A DNA stretch of 63,755 bases, filler included, from an uncultured bacterium (GCA_964471275.1; 2 parts of 2 records of this genome joined end to end with filler, not necessarily neighbours in it); one strand, 5' to 3'; positions 30,448 to 40,694 are shown, numbered from the whole stretch's first letter. Program-made: numbers and translations. The notes: generated by a model not told the origin, from the sequence alone.

Positions 30448-31251
30448 TCACTTCCACGCGTCGACATCCTTCACTTCATCGCTCCAATCGACCCACATGT
30501 TGTCTCCCGGTGGTTCCTCTTCCAGCACGTGGATGTTCTTCAATCGGTAGTCGCAGATGACGGCTTTGCGGATCTGCCGGGAGTAGTTGATCGATGCCAT
30601 GTGCCCGATCCGATGATGCCAGAAGACAATGTCTCCTGCGTGACCGTAGGATTGATCGTATACGTAGTCTCGGGAGATTTCCTGCGCGTGCTCCTGATAC
30701 TTCGGGCCGTATTCGGGCCGGTAGCGGGAGTGGAAGTCGTTCCAGAACAGTCGATGGCTTCGGGGCCAGACCGTGAAACCGCCGCCATCCGGCGGTACTT
30801 CGTCGATGTAGGAGGCGATCGCGAAATTGAAGGGGTGCGCGTCAACGTGTAGATGCATCGGTTTGCGCTCCGCGTTTTTGGGTTGGGGAAGCGTGCTGTA
30901 GATGCCTCGAACACGTTCGATCGGGATGAATCTGTCCTTGCCAAGAAGCTGCTCAGCTACGCCGTTGACGAATTCGTTGCCGGGCAGCATATCGACCATG
31001 AACTGCTCTCGACCTAACACCCGATACCGCCAGTTAAACCCGCGTTTGAGGTTCATTCCATCCGGATCTTCTTCTTCTTCCTTGATCGGTCCGACCCATG
31101 TGTCAGGGTCGTCCTTCTTCATCGACGGTGGCGGATCATCCCAGAGGCGCTCTCGGGCGCGCGCACAGAGCTCCAGGTCCATGACGCCTCGTTTGACGAG
31201 GTAGCCGTTGGTCTTGAAGAATCGGATTTCGTCTTCGGTCAGCGGTCCCAT
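30448..31251 (-). CDS. Phytanoyl-CoA dioxygenase (PhyH) family protein
   Basis: FFKTNGYLV, LHVD (HxD), GGGFTVWPRSH, GDIVFWHHRIGH. Confidence 0.88.
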   Translation of the reverse strand: MGPLTEDEIRFFKTNGYLVKRGVMDLELCARARERLWDDPPPSMKKDDPDTWVGPIKEEEEDPDGMNLKRGFNWRYRVLGREQFMVDMLPGNEFVNGVAEQLLGKDRFIPIERVRGIYSTLPQPKNAERKPMHLHVDAHPFNFAIASYIDEVPPDGGGFTVWPRSHRLFWNDFHSRYRPEYGPKYQEHAQEISRDYVYDQSYGHAGDIVFWHHRIGHMASINYSRQIRKAVICDYRLKNIHVLEEEPPGDNMWVDWSDEVKDVDAWK

Positions 31252-31618
31252 ATCAAGATGTGTCCTCAGTTTGGGGTCACCTGGATGACCGGGTGGATTT
31301 TGAGCTGGAAAAGTTGTTGAGAAGGTAAGACGAATTCGAGACGTGTTCCAGGATCGATAACGGTGAATCGCTGCCTGAATACGATCCGCCCACCGGGTCT
31401 GGTGAGGTAGGACTCATATTCACCCAGCTTCAGCAGGAAGAGCTCCACACCCATCTCGCGGGGTTCCTGCATCGCTTGGCATCAAAACGGCAAGGACCCG
31501 GTCCCCAAAGACACGAGGAAGAATGTGGAAAGGGCCACCTGAAGTTCTACCTGGTCTTTCGCTATTGGCGAGTTCTCGACTGGCGCTCCACCTGACGCCG
31601 TGCATTTGATGACCAATC

Positions 31619-31915
31619 CTACTCGTTCCTCTCTGACCTGTTGTCCTCGATGTAGTCCCAATTGACCTTGTAGCCCATTCCCGGCTCGGTCGGGACTGTC
31701 ACCAGACCCTTGTCGTCCATTGGATCGCAGATCTCGTGCAGGTAGGGTTGCGGGACATCATACTCGACCGATGGGGCAAGCAAGCCACGCTCATAGTATT
31801 CACAGACGTCCTCGCTCGTGGCGCCGAGGACCTGCAGGTTTGCGAAACCGCTCATGTGCATCTCACATTTGACGCCTGCCGCTTCAGCGATGGCGGCCAT
31901 CTTCATGCATCCCGT
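31619..31915 (-). CDS. C-terminal part of an enolase-superfamily (mandelate racemase-like) gene, cut by contig end
   Basis: KMAAIAEAAGVKCEMH...YYERGL...VPTEPGMG; 5' part lost in the linker. Confidence 0.8.
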   Translation of the reverse strand, partial: TGCMKMAAIAEAAGVKCEMHMSGFANLQVLGATSEDVCEYYERGLLAPSVEYDVPQPYLHEICDPMDDKGLVTVPTEPGMGYKVNWDYIEDNRSERNE

Positions 31916-32015
31916 NNNNNNNNNNNNNNNNNNNNNNNNNNNNNNNNNNNNNNNNNNNNTTAATTAATTAANNNNNNNNNNNNNNNNNNNNNNNNNNNNN
32001 NNNNNNNNNNNNNNN
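31916..32015. other. Artificial contig-joining linker
   Basis: 44 N + TTAATTAATTAA (stops in all six frames) + 44 N. Confidence 0.97.
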
Positions 32016-32071
32016 CCCGGGGACGCGAATCACCTCGGGATACAGGAATGGGCCTTGTGGGTGTCCAACGC

Positions 32072-34645
32072 TCACTCGCCGTCGTGCAGCAGCTGAAGAG
32101 GCTTCCCAATTCGTTCGGACACTCGCGAACTGACATCCGGGTAGATCCCGATGTTGTGGTCACGCATCTCCTGAAACTGGAAGCCTTGTGCGGCGTCGAG
32201 GCCCATGTTCAGGTCGTGCATCTGCGGTAGGTGACAGTCAACACAGTTGTCAGCGATGCCCGCCCCCATATGATCTGAGACACCACAGACCTCCATCGTC
32301 TCGTGACACTTCATACAGCGCTCCGAGAAAAGCTTGAGATTACCCCGTTCCTGCTGATGAGGGTCGTGGCAGCTCACACAGGTCATCGATTCGCTCTCAC
32401 GAAAACACTTTGACTCACTCAACCGGGAGATCTGATTGGTAGCGTGGACACCCAGTTGATTCTGAGTCGCCATATCCTTCAGTTTGTAGTGTCTCCGGAT
32501 GTCCGCCCCGGGACGATGACTGAACGGCTTGCCGAATGCCTCGACACCCGAGCCCGAATGACATTGGGCACATATCTCCAACGATCTCTCGGGAGTCAGC
32601 TTTGCCGGTGACACGATATACGGCCCTCCCTTAGTTTCACTCTCCTCACCCTCAATCTGATTGCGATAGTGTTTTGAACCGGGCCCGTGGCACCGTTCAC
32701 AGGAGATGCGCAGGAGGTAGTTCTCCTTGTCATAGACGTTGGTCGTGTAAGAATCCACCCCGAAGTACGTCGTATGGCACTCCAGACACCGCGGCGCGAT
32801 CGGACGGCTGAAGTTAGCCACCCCATCACGATAGCCCGGGCTGTTGATCCACTTGTCGCTAGCCGTCATATACGAGATCGGGAGTTGATACAACCGGTCC
32901 TTATCCCAATACAGATACATCTGACCGAGCTTTCCGGATCCAAGTACGAAATCGAATCTTTCCTTCCGGGATCGTTCCGCCCCACTCGGATCGCGCGAGT
33001 GGGCTGTCTGGTAGAATGAATCCCCTTCCTGCGTCATCTCGAACCGCAGCGCCTGGCTCCTCGCCTCCAGGCTGTTGTCCCCTTGGGCAAAACTGCCCAG
33101 AATCGTCCCACCAAGCGCGGTCGCGGAGGTCCGGTGGTGGGCGGTTTCCCGAAAACCCTCGTACTTGTCCTTATGACACTCGGCGCACGCCTCCGCCCCG
33201 AGGTATCCTGCCTCAAACGAAGTGGCAGCGGATTCCCGTGCTTCGCCCGTCTCGATTTTGATGGGGGCGGGGTAGTTGCCCGTCCGGAAGATCTCCAACT
33301 GCTCCTCGCGCTCCTTGCGTTTACCCAGACGCGAATAGGCGCGGATAAGCTGGTATCTCGCAGCCTTGTTGTCGGGTTCCCTGAGCAGTAATTCGAGAAG
33401 CACCGAGACGGCCGCCGCGTCGAATCCCTTCTTGATCAGCCGTTCCGACAGCGTGAAGGTCACCTCGCTGAACTGCCGTCCCTGCGCCTTGATCAGTCGT
33501 TCCACCGTCCGGTAGGCACGCGCCGATTCCGCCTCGTTCCCCTGGCGTCTCCGCAACAGCCAGATCAGCACCTGGATCGACACATCCCCCTGCTTGAATT
33601 TCAGGGCTTCCTGGTAGGATGCGTATGCACCCTCGAAATCTCCGTCCCGATCCTTTGCCAACCCCTCCTGCCAGTTCGAAACAAACTTCGCCTGCTTGCC
33701 CTTCAGGACTTTGTCATTCTGCTGCATCTCACGGAACCTTGTGAGTGCTGCTTTCGCCTTCACTCGCTCACCCAGCTTCATATACGATTGACCGAGACCG
33801 TAGTGGGCTTCAGCCTTCTCCGGATTGTAGCGAATCACTTCGTCGAACGCCTCCACAGCGCCCCGTGCGTCACCCGTCTTCAGCCTGACCATACCGAGTT
33901 CGTGTGCATAATCTGGGTGGCCTTTCTCCTTCTCCCCGGCCTGGTTCAGGGCAGCGAGCGCCTTCCCATGCTCGCCCAGTTGTCGATAGACCTTCCCCGC
34001 CAGAAGCAGGGCATCCCAGTAGTCCGGATAGTCACGGAGGAGCGGCTCGAGCACCTCCTTTGCATCTTCGTGAGAACCGACAAAGTTGCTCAACGTCGCA
34101 AGTTTGAGACGGAACCTTGGATCTCTTGGGTTTGCCTGGATCGCACGTCGCGCCCACTTCTTTGCTTCCTCAATCGTCCCTTCCTGGAAGTGCAGATACT
34201 GGAGCGTATCATAGAGTTGTATTCCTCTTGACCCAAGGGTCACCGCTCTCTCGAGTTTTTCGATCGCCTCCATCCGGTCTTCAGCCCCAAACGCCAGCAT
34301 CCCCAGATGCTCGTGGACGTCTGCCCGCATCGAATCGATCTCGATCACCTGCATTAGTTCCAGCCGTGCTTCGAATGGCCGGTTGGTCAGACCGTAGACG
34401 ACCCCGAGCCGGAAACGGGACTCGACGTCATTCGGTTCACGTGCGATAACCTCCTTCAGCAGCGCGATCGCGTCATCGAATTCTCGGTCCCCAGTCGCTT
34501 TCTGCGCCTGACGAAGGACCGCCTGCTTGTCGAAAGGTTCCTCGCAGCCCACGGCGAGCAGAAGAACCCCCAACACCATGAGTCTGAGCGAGGCCCCCAC
34601 GATCGCGAGGGTATCGGATATCGGTCTGTGTTCAAATACACGCAC
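32072..34645 (-). CDS. TPR-repeat lipoprotein fused to a C-terminal multiheme cytochrome c (7 CxxCH)
   Basis: Lipobox LLAVGC; TPR helices; CAECH, CLECH, CERCH, CAQCH, CVSCH, CMKCH, CVDCH. Start uncertain. Confidence 0.88.
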   Translation of the reverse strand: MRVFEHRPISDTLAIVGASLRLMVLGVLLLAVGCEEPFDKQAVLRQAQKATGDREFDDAIALLKEVIAREPNDVESRFRLGVVYGLTNRPFEARLELMQVIEIDSMRADVHEHLGMLAFGAEDRMEAIEKLERAVTLGSRGIQLYDTLQYLHFQEGTIEEAKKWARRAIQANPRDPRFRLKLATLSNFVGSHEDAKEVLEPLLRDYPDYWDALLLAGKVYRQLGEHGKALAALNQAGEKEKGHPDYAHELGMVRLKTGDARGAVEAFDEVIRYNPEKAEAHYGLGQSYMKLGERVKAKAALTRFREMQQNDKVLKGKQAKFVSNWQEGLAKDRDGDFEGAYASYQEALKFKQGDVSIQVLIWLLRRRQGNEAESARAYRTVERLIKAQGRQFSEVTFTLSERLIKKGFDAAAVSVLLELLLREPDNKAARYQLIRAYSRLGKRKEREEQLEIFRTGNYPAPIKIETGEARESAATSFEAGYLGAEACAECHKDKYEGFRETAHHRTSATALGGTILGSFAQGDNSLEARSQALRFEMTQEGDSFYQTAHSRDPSGAERSRKERFDFVLGSGKLGQMYLYWDKDRLYQLPISYMTASDKWINSPGYRDGVANFSRPIAPRCLECHTTYFGVDSYTTNVYDKENYLLRISCERCHGPGSKHYRNQIEGEESETKGGPYIVSPAKLTPERSLEICAQCHSGSGVEAFGKPFSHRPGADIRRHYKLKDMATQNQLGVHATNQISRLSESKCFRESESMTCVSCHDPHQQERGNLKLFSERCMKCHETMEVCGVSDHMGAGIADNCVDCHLPQMHDLNMGLDAAQGFQFQEMRDHNIGIYPDVSSRVSERIGKPLQLLHDGE

Positions 34646-34650
34646 GTGGT

Positions 34651-36364
34651 TTACCGTCCTGTCCCGGACTGTCCTTCGTTNNNNNNNNNNAGTTGATCCG
34701 CAGAAACATCCCCCAGACGATCGATCACACCCGACGGCCAGCGGATTTCGATTTCATCGACATGCTCCCGACTACCCAATCCGAAGTGAACTTCGCGTGG
34801 ATTCGCTGTTAAATAGCTTGACGCCGAGTGCACGTCTTTGACCTGTCTCAGGTTTCCGGCCTTCACCGTGATCCGTGTCCCGATTCCATCACGGTTCGTC
34901 AGACTCGGTGTGCCCCTCTTCGACAGCCCACGGGCGCCACCAACGGCCTTGATCCCAAGCCAGTGGTTCCCGGTTTCGCTCTCATTCCGCAGAAGGTCCG
35001 CACGCTCGAGCACGTTGAGAACGAGCAGATCGATATCCCCGTCGCGGTCGATGTCACCGGCCGCGAGCCCTCGGCTGGCCTTGATGGACTCGAATCCTGG
35101 ACCAGCCGTGTCTGTCGCGTCCACAAACTTCCCCGCACCGACATTCTCGTAGATCTGGTTTCTCTGTCTATATGTCCGGTTGGCATCGACACGCTCGATG
35201 TTGTCGATCACGTGACCGTTTGCCGCAGCAACATCCGGATCGCCATCGTTGTCTGCGTCCAGAAATTTCAGTCCGAACGTGACATACGGCCAAGAGGGAG
35301 GTCCGAGACCGGTCCGGGGTGTGACATCCGTAAACAGGCTTCCACCATCGTTCCTGTACAGGGTCGACGTCTCGAAATCGAAATGTCCGATCAGGACATC
35401 CTGCAGACCGTCACCATCGACATCCGAGAAATCGATCCCCATACCCGCCTCGGGACGCCCAGTCTCGTTGTAGGCCATCCCCGAGATCAGGGCAATTTCG
35501 TCGAATTTCCCCTCGCCAACATTGTCGAAAAGGAAATTCTCGACAAGATCGTTGGCGACGAAGATATCGACGTCCCCATCCCCGTCGTGATCCGTCGTGA
35601 TTACACCCAGTCCCTTGCCCTCGTCCGAGTGAATGCCGGTAGCTTCAGAGACATCGGAGAACGTGCCGTCTCCGTTGTTCCGATACAGCTTGTCGGGTGC
35701 GCCGAGGTAGTTCTCAGGGCCGCAGTAGATCACCGAACCGTCTGCCTGAGTGCAGACCTGGCCGTCATCCAGATCGAAATTCGTATACGCACAGACGAAC
35801 AGATCGAGATCACCATCCTGATCCGTATCCACAAAAGCCGCTGAAGTGTTCAGCCGCACGTCTCCGACCCCGGCTCGTCCCGTCACATCCGTGAACGAAC
35901 CGTCGCCATTATTCTGATACAGGACGTTCGCGCCAAAATTGGTCACATACAGATCGGGATCGCCGTCATTGTCGAAATCGCCGACAGCACACCCAAAGCC
36001 ATACCCCGTATCTCCGACACCTGCCTCCTCCGTCACGTCGGTGAATGTCCAATCGGCATCCGCCCCGTCATTCCGATATAATCGATTCGTCGGCACGGCA
36101 TCCGATTCGAAACCTGGTAGCCGTGCACCGTTCACCAAGTAGATGTCGAGATCGCCATCCCCGTCGTAGTCAAAAATCCCGCACCCGCCACAGAATGTCT
36201 CGATCGTGAATTTCCTTCCGCTCGCACCGTTCTCGTGAACGAAGGAGATGCCTTTCTCGTCGGTGACATCAGTGAACCGNNNNNNNNNNCGAGTCGGCAG
36301 CCACGTTCGATAGCAAAACAGACAGGAGAAGGATTCTGAGTAGTGAGATCGTTAGAAGGGGCAC
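34651..36364 (-). CDS. CRTAC1 family FG-GAP/ASPIC-UnbV protein (spans two 10-N gaps)
   Basis: Frame extends upstream of the track ORF (RFTDVTDEKGISFVHENGASG...DYDGDGDLDIYLVNG); a signal-peptide-like segment from GTG 36364 lies beyond the gap; DxDxDGD repeats; NHWLG...SSYL...HFGLG...WPSG. Confidence 0.85.
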
Positions 36365-36375
36365 TACCGGCCGGC

Positions 36376-37212
36376 TCAGTCCTTGGCGCATCGAAATCCT
36401 ACCTGGGAATCGGGCAGATCGGCCTCGATCAGGAACGCACGGAACCGTCTGGTCGACCGCATCTCGTCTGGGGATGAGGCCCAGCTGCCGCCCCGGATCG
36501 TGTGATCGGGTTCACCATCCCCTACAATGGCGATCGGATTTCGGTCAGGGCTGATGCGATAGTAATCGGCAACGTAATGATCACGGACGTATTCCCAGAC
36601 GTTGCCGGCCATGTCCAGCGCGCCAAAAGGACTCTGTCCAGTGGGAAAATTCCCGACCGAAGACGGGCCCTCCGTGCTCTGATACCGGGCGAGTGAAGAC
36701 GACGGCGGGTCGTCTCCCCAGGGATAGGTCAGGGCTTCCAATCCCCTGGCCGCCTTCTCCCACTCGGCCTCGGTCGGTAAGCGCAGACCCGCCCAGTCGC
36801 AGTAAGCCGCGGCCTCTTCCCAGACGATACCGACAACCGGCTGCTGTGGCTTGTTGAACCGATCGCTCACGACATGCACGGGTTCTGCCGCCCCCGTGGC
36901 CCCGACAAAGACCAGATACTTCTCATTCGAAACTTCGAGCTTGTCGATGTAGAAATCGTCGAGATGAACCTGGTGAATCGGGCCTTCGTCATCTGTACCG
37001 GATTCGCTCCCCATCGTGAATACCCCCCCCGGCACCCGCACCACGACGTGTTCGGTGCCCCCCGGCGTCAGAGACACGGTCTCCTCGATTTCGAAGGCCA
37101 CGGGAGGCACGTCGTCACACCCGACCACACAGACAAGCATCGCGATCGCCACAGATCGCCCGGCCCTGCCATCCACCGCGTGAGCGACCTCTCTGAACCA
37201 ACGCTTCAACAT
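36376..37212 (-). CDS. FGE-sulfatase (SUMF1/EgtB/PvdO fold) domain lipoprotein
   Basis: FTMGS, RLPTEAEWEKAARG, DMAGNVWE, RGGSW, GFRC; lipobox-like VVGC. Confidence 0.88.
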   Translation of the reverse strand: MLKRWFREVAHAVDGRAGRSVAIAMLVCVVGCDDVPPVAFEIEETVSLTPGGTEHVVVRVPGGVFTMGSESGTDDEGPIHQVHLDDFYIDKLEVSNEKYLVFVGATGAAEPVHVVSDRFNKPQQPVVGIVWEEAAAYCDWAGLRLPTEAEWEKAARGLEALTYPWGDDPPSSSLARYQSTEGPSSVGNFPTGQSPFGALDMAGNVWEYVRDHYVADYYRISPDRNPIAIVGDGEPDHTIRGGSWASSPDEMRSTRRFRAFLIEADLPDSQVGFRCAKD

Positions 37213-37229
37213 CGACCTGACTCCCGTAA

Positions 37230-39497
37230 TCAAAACATCCGATTGTCGGCATCCCCGGCCGCTGTCTCATACTGCTTGAATTTTTCCCAGTATCTGGATC
37301 CCGCTTCCGAGTCGCCTTGAGAATACGCCACAAGGGCCAGGCCCCGGTATGCGTTGGCGTGCTTATCGAAGATCTTGATCGCCCGCTTGTAGTGTCGCTC
37401 CGCGCTGGCAACGTCCCCTGCGCGACGGTAGCCGTCTCCCAGTCCCGTCTCTACCAGCTCGGAGTCGATCTTCTGATTTCTGACCTCCTCGAGCAGGCTG
37501 ACTCCTTCCATCGTAAGACCCCGATGAATCTTGGCGATCCCCAGGGCCACCTTCAACCGGATATCTGTATCCAGATGCGGTGTCACCATTGTCAGGAATT
37601 TCTCATACTTCGCGTCGGCCAGATCCAGGAGCTCCATCCGTTCGAGCGCTTCGGTGTGACCACGGTTGACGCGAAGTGCCCGCCGATACGAATTCTCCGC
37701 TGCGTCGAACTGGGTGAGCCCCTCGTGAGCTTGGCCGATCGTCACGTGCGTGTTCGGACTGTCCGACAGAATTCCGAGGCTGGATGCCTCGTGCTCGGTC
37801 AGCGCCTTTGCAAGGGCCTCGCGATCGGCGATCGTCGGCGGGACATACTCCAGCTGCACGAGGGAGAACGCGGCGCGGATACGCACGCTGTAGACCGAAT
37901 CCCGAACCAGTGTCTTGAGGCCCGGGATCGCGGCGGGATGACCAATCGCTCCCGCGGCAAGCGCGGCCCTCGATCGAAGGACCTGATGTGTATCCACCAT
38001 CGCGGTCATCACAAGGGGTAGCGCAGATTCCTCGCCGATCATCCCGATAAGCGTCACGGCACCGCCACGCAACAGCGGATCTTCGAACGGGTCAGCCACG
38101 ATCTTCTTCAGTTCGGGTAGACCACGCGCATCCCTCTCGCGTCCCCAGGCAATCGCCTGCGCACGAACGACGTGATCCGGCTGGTAGTCTCCCCACCAGG
38201 CCTCGGCCTTCTGGGAGGCCCACTCGGACGTCTCCTCGCTGTGGCAGCCCGTCTGGCTACACGCGTTTGGTATGCCGAGACGGCTCGTGTTCTCGGGCAC
38301 GGGAACCGTCAGACGATGGTCTGTTGTCATCAGGGAATTCAGGAACATATTGGGCATGTGGCACGCCATGCAGTCGCTCCCCTTCCCCGCGGGTTTGTGG
38401 AAGGTGTGTGCCCGGATATCGGCCATCACATCCGGATGGCAGCGGGCGCAGAGCGCGCCGCCCCCAGGCTCCGCGGTCAACTCGATCGGCCTCTCACTTC
38501 CGTGGTCCGCGTGACAGCCCGAGCAGGTCAGGTCAGCCTTCCGAAAGCAGGCACTGCCGGCGAACTGCAGGTATGGATACGCGAGCTTACGGATCAAACC
38601 GTCTGGCCAGAACGAATCCGCGTCGTCGATCAGGTTGATCTCATAGTAGTCGAGAAAGTGATCGCCCGGTTTGTAACCCGAACGAATAGACGACTTTGTC
38701 GCGTGGCACTGCGCACAGACCTCCACCTGCTTGGCCGACGATAGGCTCGCAAGACGGATCAGTGATGCGGTCTGCCGCGCTGCGGGATCCGGGTTCGGAT
38801 CCTGTAATGCCTCCCGCCAGAAGAGCGTGTGCGCTTCCCCCGGCCCGTGGCACGTCTCACAGTTGATCGACAGGTCTCCGAGCTGTGTGCTGTAGGTATC
38901 GGTTTCGAGATCGTAGTTCTTGCGCATCTGGGAGGCGTGGCAATCGAAACAGCGATCATTCCACGTTCTGCCCTGGTTTGCCCAGAACAGCCAGTCCTGT
39001 GGGATAAAGGCCCGCCCGAAACCCAGAGTACCTTCCGCCGCGTCATACCAACGTTTTTCGTTCAGATCCCAGTAAACGGGGAGTATCTGTACTCGACCGT
39101 CCGGAAATCGCGTCAGATAGGTCTCGTGCTGGCGCGCACCCAGTGTGTAGTGAACCGGGAAATCCGCGGTCCTGCCGTCACTCGTCGGAGCGCGAATAAA
39201 GAAGGAATCGCCACGACGGAACATCACGTAGGATTGGTCATCGAACGTGTGGATCGTATCCTGCTCAAAATCACCACGCACAAACTCGGGTGTTGCTTCG
39301 GTCATCGCCCTCGCGTGCGTCGTCCGGGACCAGAGCCCGTACTCCTCCTGGTGGCATTCCTTGCACGATTCCGCGCCGAGATAGCCCTCGACTGCCAGCG
39401 CGCGTGCAGCTTCCGACGGCCCCGTGTCGTCCGGCGATTCTGTTGAGCAGGCCGTGGTCAGGATTAGTACGGCCAATGTGAAGATGCGTGTCGTCAT
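37230..39497 (-). CDS. Multiheme cytochrome c lipoprotein with HEAT and TPR repeats (7 CxxCH + 1 CX4CH)
   Basis: Lipobox LTTAC; CKECH, CFDCH, CETCH, CAQCH, CSGCH, CARCH, CMACH, CSQTGCH; HEAT-like LRSRAALAAG and VRIRAAFSL; C-terminal TPRs. Confidence 0.9.
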   Translation of the reverse strand: MTTRIFTLAVLILTTACSTESPDDTGPSEAARALAVEGYLGAESCKECHQEEYGLWSRTTHARAMTEATPEFVRGDFEQDTIHTFDDQSYVMFRRGDSFFIRAPTSDGRTADFPVHYTLGARQHETYLTRFPDGRVQILPVYWDLNEKRWYDAAEGTLGFGRAFIPQDWLFWANQGRTWNDRCFDCHASQMRKNYDLETDTYSTQLGDLSINCETCHGPGEAHTLFWREALQDPNPDPAARQTASLIRLASLSSAKQVEVCAQCHATKSSIRSGYKPGDHFLDYYEINLIDDADSFWPDGLIRKLAYPYLQFAGSACFRKADLTCSGCHADHGSERPIELTAEPGGGALCARCHPDVMADIRAHTFHKPAGKGSDCMACHMPNMFLNSLMTTDHRLTVPVPENTSRLGIPNACSQTGCHSEETSEWASQKAEAWWGDYQPDHVVRAQAIAWGRERDARGLPELKKIVADPFEDPLLRGGAVTLIGMIGEESALPLVMTAMVDTHQVLRSRAALAAGAIGHPAAIPGLKTLVRDSVYSVRIRAAFSLVQLEYVPPTIADREALAKALTEHEASSLGILSDSPNTHVTIGQAHEGLTQFDAAENSYRRALRVNRGHTEALERMELLDLADAKYEKFLTMVTPHLDTDIRLKVALGIAKIHRGLTMEGVSLLEEVRNQKIDSELVETGLGDGYRRAGDVASAERHYKRAIKIFDKHANAYRGLALVAYSQGDSEAGSRYWEKFKQYETAAGDADNRMF

Positions 39498-39641
39498 TGC
39501 GTATTCGTGTCGTCCGGCATCCTGTGGTGCATACGTGTGGTGGGCTCCGCGCCGAGCTTCGAGTCGGTTCCGAGAAGGCGAGTCCCCATCATCATCTCTC
39601 TCTGCGCCCGCCGCGCACTCTGCGTTGAGGGCCTTTGACTC

Positions 39642-40694
39642 TCAGGCATTCCAATCGATATAGTTCGCGCTCTCGTTCATCAGCGTCTGGACATACTCGC
39701 TGATCAGGTGCTCGTCCGGTTTCGTCTCCAGCATCCGCATCGTGAACGGTCGCATCACGGGCACCCGCATGATCGGATCGGTCCAGTCTTGGACATACAC
39801 CGTGTCCGGGAGCGATTCGAGAATCGTCCGGATATTTGTCTCCAGGTCATCGGAATGGTAATCCTGCAGCTCCGTCACGTGGAACGACTCGGGGACGAAC
39901 GTCTGCAGGTCGTGAATCGAGCGCGTCTTGTGACTTTGCAGTGTCTCGTTAAAGGCGCGCTGCAAGGCGATCTGACCGTCCAGGTGAGCGCACGACCGGA
40001 CGAACGGCCCGATATCTCGTGGGCAGACGATCGCGTGAATTGTCGTCACCTTCGGATTCTCGCCCGGCACGGCGACCGCGAGCATCTTCTCGGACACGAC
40101 CGGATGAAACTCCGTTAGTCCCGGGTCGATAAACTCACGATGGGCAAGCCCGAATCTCCCCAGATGCAGACAGACATCGAGATGTTCATACATCTCGAGC
40201 AGGCCGTGAAGCACGCACTCGAGCACATTGTTGCCAGCCGACACCCCGTCCGCTGTCTCGTTCAGGTGTTCGATCACATCGTTGGGCATCGTCGCCGGCA
40301 CCAGCGACAGATCGTCTGTCAGCTCATATACGGGAGCGTTCCCGCCCTGCTCGAGCCGGATGAACAGGGAGAGACGTTCGATCGCCTCCGCGAGTGCCCC
40401 CGCGGACACTTGATCCTTGTTGAGACCCTTGCCCATCGTGCGCATGGCCTCGCCCTCCATGAGCGGTCCTTCATACTGCCGGAACATCTCGGGGTTCTCG
40501 TAGTCCGTGTAGCAATCCGAGATCCACACGGTACCGTAATACCGTCGGGCACGCACCTTGTAGTTGCACCGTCGACCCAGAGCTGCCTGGAAGTCCCGGA
40601 TCGTCTGCTGAAACGGCACGGTCCGGTCCGCATTAACGATATGGCTGTGCTCGTGATCGACAGGGGTCGAGCAGATGGGATCAGCTGCCGTCAC
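39642..40694 (-). CDS. YcaO-like family protein (divergent)
   Basis: DRTVP, MGKG...SAGALAEAIER, DGVSAGN...HGLLEMYEHLD, AHLD..IALQRAFNETLQ, VQDWT...VPV. Confidence 0.82.
   Translation of the reverse strand: MTAADPICSTPVDHEHSHIVNADRTVPFQQTIRDFQAALGRRCNYKVRARRYYGTVWISDCYTDYENPEMFRQYEGPLMEGEAMRTMGKGLNKDQVSAGALAEAIERLSLFIRLEQGGNAPVYELTDDLSLVPATMPNDVIEHLNETADGVSAGNNVLECVLHGLLEMYEHLDVCLHLGRFGLAHREFIDPGLTEFHPVVSEKMLAVAVPGENPKVTTIHAIVCPRDIGPFVRSCAHLDGQIALQRAFNETLQSHKTRSIHDLQTFVPESFHVTELQDYHSDDLETNIRTILESLPDTVYVQDWTDPIMRVPVMRPFTMRMLETKPDEHLISEYVQTLMNESANYIDWNA

Noticed and set aside
31266..31605. Short ORFs between the PhyH gene and the enolase fragment
   Set aside because: No recognisable motif or RBS on either strand; may be decayed sequence but cannot be supported.
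31960..31971. TTAATTAATTAA as a biological motif
   Set aside because: It is embedded in symmetric N runs and is a synthetic linker.
36376..37212. FGE-fold gene as the sulfatase maturase or as EgtB/SenA
   Set aside because: It lacks the catalytic Cys pair and the DinB-like N-terminal domain, and it is on a different contig from the sulfatases.
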